Source of the DNA: Takakia lepidozioides
Taxonomy: Eukaryota; Plantae; Bryophyta
Assembly (NCBI GenBank): GCA_030704615.1
Contig: CM060734.1
Span: 38,068,001-38,132,000 of the forward strand
DNA: 64,000 bases
Direction: 5' to 3'
This document shows positions 60,061 to 64,000 of the stretch, piece after piece (the first letter of the stretch is position 1; each line of letters starts with the position of its first letter). The translations under genes and the position numbers were made by a program. The notes below the pieces were generated by a model that ran no database searches, was not told where the DNA came from, and saw only the letters and a list, made by a program, of their open reading frames with translations.

Positions 60061-63000
60061 ATTAGCCAGGCTGTTTTCTGAACGCCTAATCAGATACTCT
60101 TATTACCAACCATCGATGCACATCAAAGAATTCAGGAGATCAGCTGGTCGCTCAGCTGGAAGTGCACAGCTCACAGCCCTAACCCGCTGCCCTGCACCGT
60201 GTGTGTTTTGTCTCATGGCCCGTAACATGAAAGGGGATTACCCCCCTCCTCAAGGGCCTGAATTTTGGGCTGTCGCTCCCACGTTTCCTTTAGTAAAAAG
60301 TCTTAGAAAAACGATTGTTACGTAAGGCGAGGCCCGCCTTGCCAGGCTAGGGAATCTCGAATCACATAAAATATTCTCTGCAACTTACCAGGTGCGGTAT
60401 GTTTTTCACTCAGAACAATTAATACACCTTAGAAGTCACAATTAACCCACCTACCCATTTTCATCCACATTAAGGATTATTATGCCGTTTTAGAGGCAAA
60501 TTAAGAAGCAGAACTTGTCCAACCAATCAAATGCTGCAGAGCTGCCCATCATGCTCTTACACAACCTCCCGCTTCACTTTGTAGTAAAGCGGCCATGACA
60601 GTCAGCAGCCTTTACTGCAGGGCCCTAATCTTCCCCGAATCTCCTTCTTAAAGAACTAGGTGATGTCAGCGTGGAAATCGATTACCGGAAATACTGGGGA
60701 GGCCAGGATGATGCGCAATGACTGCAGACAAGATAGTCGATTAGAGCGTCACATCTGCGCCTCCAGACGCGATCCTGACCGTGAAAAGCGTCAGATCCGT
60801 CCTCTCCTACATTAAGCACTCATCAAGTGTCCGTAAAACTTATAAAGGCACTGTATAGGACCAGGTAGGCATCTACGTGTAAGGTTTTTTTTGGGTTCAG
60901 CCCATCCTTGATCCAGTGCTAAGCAAAAACCTCGTGACAAAAAAGGGTCGGGCCAGCCATTGCAATTCTTGAGCATGCGCCACTACGCAAGAGCCTCGTG
61001 AGCATGCGCCACTTCCCAAGTTCCTGTGCCTTAATGGCAAACTCGGCCTCGGGTTGCCTCATGTCGGTCGACGTACTGCCGGCACTCCCCGGGGACTGGT
61101 GCGGCCCAGTCAGGGCCGCTGCCCAGTCAGCTCGCGCTTATCTGACTCATCATAGCCATTTTGTATTACGGTACTGAGGATTATGTAATCCACTAGGAGT
61201 TTTGGGGAAGATTAGGGCCCTGCAGTAAAGGCTGCAAACTTTAATGGCCGCCTTACAAAGTCAAGCGGACAGTTATGTGCTAGATAATGGCCACCGGGCA
61301 GACCCGGCGAGCATTGTCAACCGGTGGCCATTATCGAACGTAGTTGAAATGGTGGAGTATTACTCGGGCTGCTAACCCCAGATGTCGCTATCAGAGCTAC
61401 GATAGCCAAAAAAAAACACTTGCCACGTGGTGCAATGTGGCAAACTCCCTTGACAAGTGAAGGGCCAAACCCTCTGAAACCTTGGGTGGAAGCTGTAATA
61501 CGACCCCATGTCCAATTACGTAAGAGCATATGGGCAGCTCTGTAGCATTTGATTGGCTGGACAAGTTCTGCTTCTTAATTTGCCTCTCAAACGGTATACA
61601 GTCTGTCCTGGATAAATGTTAACAGTCGGGAGTAGAAAAAAAATAACATTTAGACAAGATTAACACATTAACAGTTTATGAAGGGGTTAGTTGTAGCACA
61701 TTAACATTTACAGAATCTAACACTTAACAAATGTAAAAATTGCAAAATTAACAATTATGAAATAAAGTGTAATATATTCTATTCTCTCTATGTTTGTGAG
61801 TTGTCTTTCATCTTTATTAATCACCTAATATCTAACTTATTAGTACAACACATCTATCTAATCATATATTGGTGGGCCTACCTATCAACAACCAAAAAGA
61901 AATCCGGGAGTGGTACCTCAGTAATACCACTCAGTAATCTGCCTTACAGCTAATTGTAAGGTTATTTTTTCCTTACCTTTTAAATAAATTTGCCAGGGCT
62001 ACAACCCCCGTTCCCTTTTTAAAAAAAAAACTGCTATAGGCATCTCAAGAATATTTGAAGTACACTCGCTAAAAAAACAAATTGATACCATCTACTTGCA
62101 AAACAGCTATAGCAGGTACAACTACCACACAACTTATGTGATCTCTCCTCTCCAAAACATCCAGCATGTCAAGTCTCAAAATGCTGAACATACCAGTGTT
62201 GGTCTGGTATCTTGAATTGGAAATACCAGAAGGGTCCTGGTATGTATGCAGTGCTGATTTTTTTTAAGGCAGGTAGGTTTTCCAATAATGCATCCCCTGA
62301 TTTTTTCAAGTATGAATCTGGTATGCATAGAGTGGTTTGTTAAGAAAATCAATCCGGATATGAGCAATGGTATCTGAATGTCAATAACCTAGAAATATGA
62401 ACTCGAATATGGTATTAAAAAGATAAAAAAAAGATAAAAAAAGATACTAATATTCAAATTCAAATTCAATATTGAAATGGCCATTTGAATAATCAAGAAA
62501 ACCACAAGGAAACCTGCTCATCTCATAGGATATCAACCCCCATAACAATTATACACTGAATCAGAATTGGCATAGTTAGTGTCTCGCAAAATGAAGATCA
62601 TAAAGAGGCGCTCATAAACACATGAAACCCTCCACTATATGCATATTCATTTGATACCTGAACAGACCTGCATCGACGAGTGCTCTCTGGTAGGGGCCGG
62701 GGGAAGGAGAACCTGAACTGCCGTCTGGTAGGGTTTGGGGGGCCGCCAGGGAACTTGAGAACCTTATGGTAGGGTACTACAAATGTTTACCGGGAGAGAG
62801 AACAGTAGGTTAGGAGAGACCAGGGTTGATACCCGGCGAAACCCAGATACCAGACTAACACTAGAACATATGTTCGTTGTATCTCATAAATAACCTCCAT
62901 ATCTAATCTCAAAATGTTGTATATACTATATACACTTGCTTCATCTATTCACTTCAGTCTTGTGATTGGTTATGTTTCAAGATGGAATCTTATCATAATC

Positions 63001-63688
63001 TAGCTAGAACTTATACAACTTTCTCCTCTTAGGTGAAGCCTTTATGGTACACTTAATATTTATGGAGGGCAAATTAACAAAGAGGGGAGTAGACAATCGT
63101 TAACAAATAACACTTAACATTTGCTAGTCTGCACAAGTAGGGGAGTAAAATTTTCTTAACATTTATGGTAGTTTAACGTTTATAGACCATTTATCCAGGG
63201 CAGACTGTAATGTGCCTCAAAAATCCTTAATGTGGATGAAAATGGGTGAGTGGGTTAATTGTTACTTCTAAGGTGTATTAATTGTTCTGAGTGAAAAACG
63301 TCTTGCAGAGAATGTTTTATGTGATTCGAGAATCCCTAGCCTGGCAAGGTGGGCCTCGCCTTACGTAACAGTCGTTTTCCAAAACTTTTTAATACAGGAA
63401 ACCTGAGAGCGACAGCCCAAAATTCAGGCCCTTGAGGAGGGGGAAGTATAACCCCCTTTCATTTATGGGCCTTTGAGACACACTGGACGAATAACGCCAA
63501 GGCAAAGCACCACGAACAATACACACACGGTGCAGGGCAGCGGGTTTGACCCGCGACCCACCAGGGTGCCACACTGTGCACTTACCAGCTGATCTCCTGA
63601 ATTCTTTGATGTGCATTTTTGGTTGGTAATAAGTGTATCTGAATTTGCAGCTGACTGTTATTAGGCGTTCAGAAAACAGCCTGGCTTA
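60061..63688. repeat. Large fold-back upstream of the BAHD gene
   Basis: Left arm 60061-60636. The right arm is in three pieces, ~61204-61277, ~61521-61596 and ~63222-63688, separated by insertions. 60577-61165 is a paralog of 22663-24368. Confidence 0.9.
61599..63207. mobile_element. Non-autonomous Tc1/mariner-type element with nested fragments
   Basis: 20-bp TIR CAGTCTG(T/C)CCTGGATAAATG and TA TSD (61597-61598, 63208-63209). It interrupts the fold-back arm. Confidence 0.88.
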
Positions 63689-64000
63689 TTGTGGTTTCTA
63701 TTAATTAATTGATTCATGTTTGCTCTTTTTTTTTGGGGGCCATGCCTTTGCAGAGCCCACTATTTACTAACGTGGTAGGTAGGAAGTTAGTAGGTAGTAA
63801 GAGGGGGGCATCCCTTATATACCCTCTATGGGCGGTGGGACCCTTCTAGAACCCCTATGACCCTTGGACCCTTCTAGAAGGCCCTGGACACATGTCAACC
63901 CTACAAGACTCCCTATTCTAAATTTGGCCAATTCATCCATTTTATTTTTTTTGACCCCCTCATCTCATTCTTTAATACACATGGCCTTCCTACATAAGCG

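Noticed and set aside
60035-63616. Paired small ORFs MHIKEFRRSAG (60035-60325 +, 63389-63616 -)
   Set aside because: The similarity follows from the inverted repeat, and indels shift the frame between arms, so there is no sign of coding constraint.

Overview
Eukaryotic land-plant genomic DNA, probably a non-seed plant (inferred from the TE, PPR and BAHD sequence types; not proven). It is a nested transposon graveyard around one intact host gene, a two-exon BAHD acyltransferase of the HHT/ASFT (omega-hydroxyacid feruloyl transferase)-like clade at 57845-59566 (-). LTR content: one intact non-chromovirus Ty3/Gypsy gag-pol (272-6391), two decayed non-chromovirus Gypsy families (28-35 kb; 35-42 kb with a second copy at 8.7-11 kb), and chromovirus fragments (18-20.2, 29.6-30.6, 42-42.7 kb). 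Other TEs: two MULE-type transposase relics, a decayed L1-type LINE, and hAT, Tc1/mariner and CACTA-like non-autonomous pieces. There is also a BAHD 5' pseudogene fragment and a PPR fragment. Most notable: (1) three divergent Gypsy families each carry a homologous small ORF directly upstream of gag, with an F-box-like LPx6I[LF]xxV motif in the two copies where that part is visible; (2) the intact element has a second, apparently catalytically dead copy of its own RNase H; (3) one MULE has a palindromic motif scattered through its non-coding DNA; (4) a shared ~600-bp non-coding unit forms large fold-backs at 22.7-24.9 kb and just upstream of the BAHD gene; (5) a CRISPR-looking, but non-CRISPR, palindrome array lies at 44-45 kb. 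All alignments were made by eye and no database searches were run.
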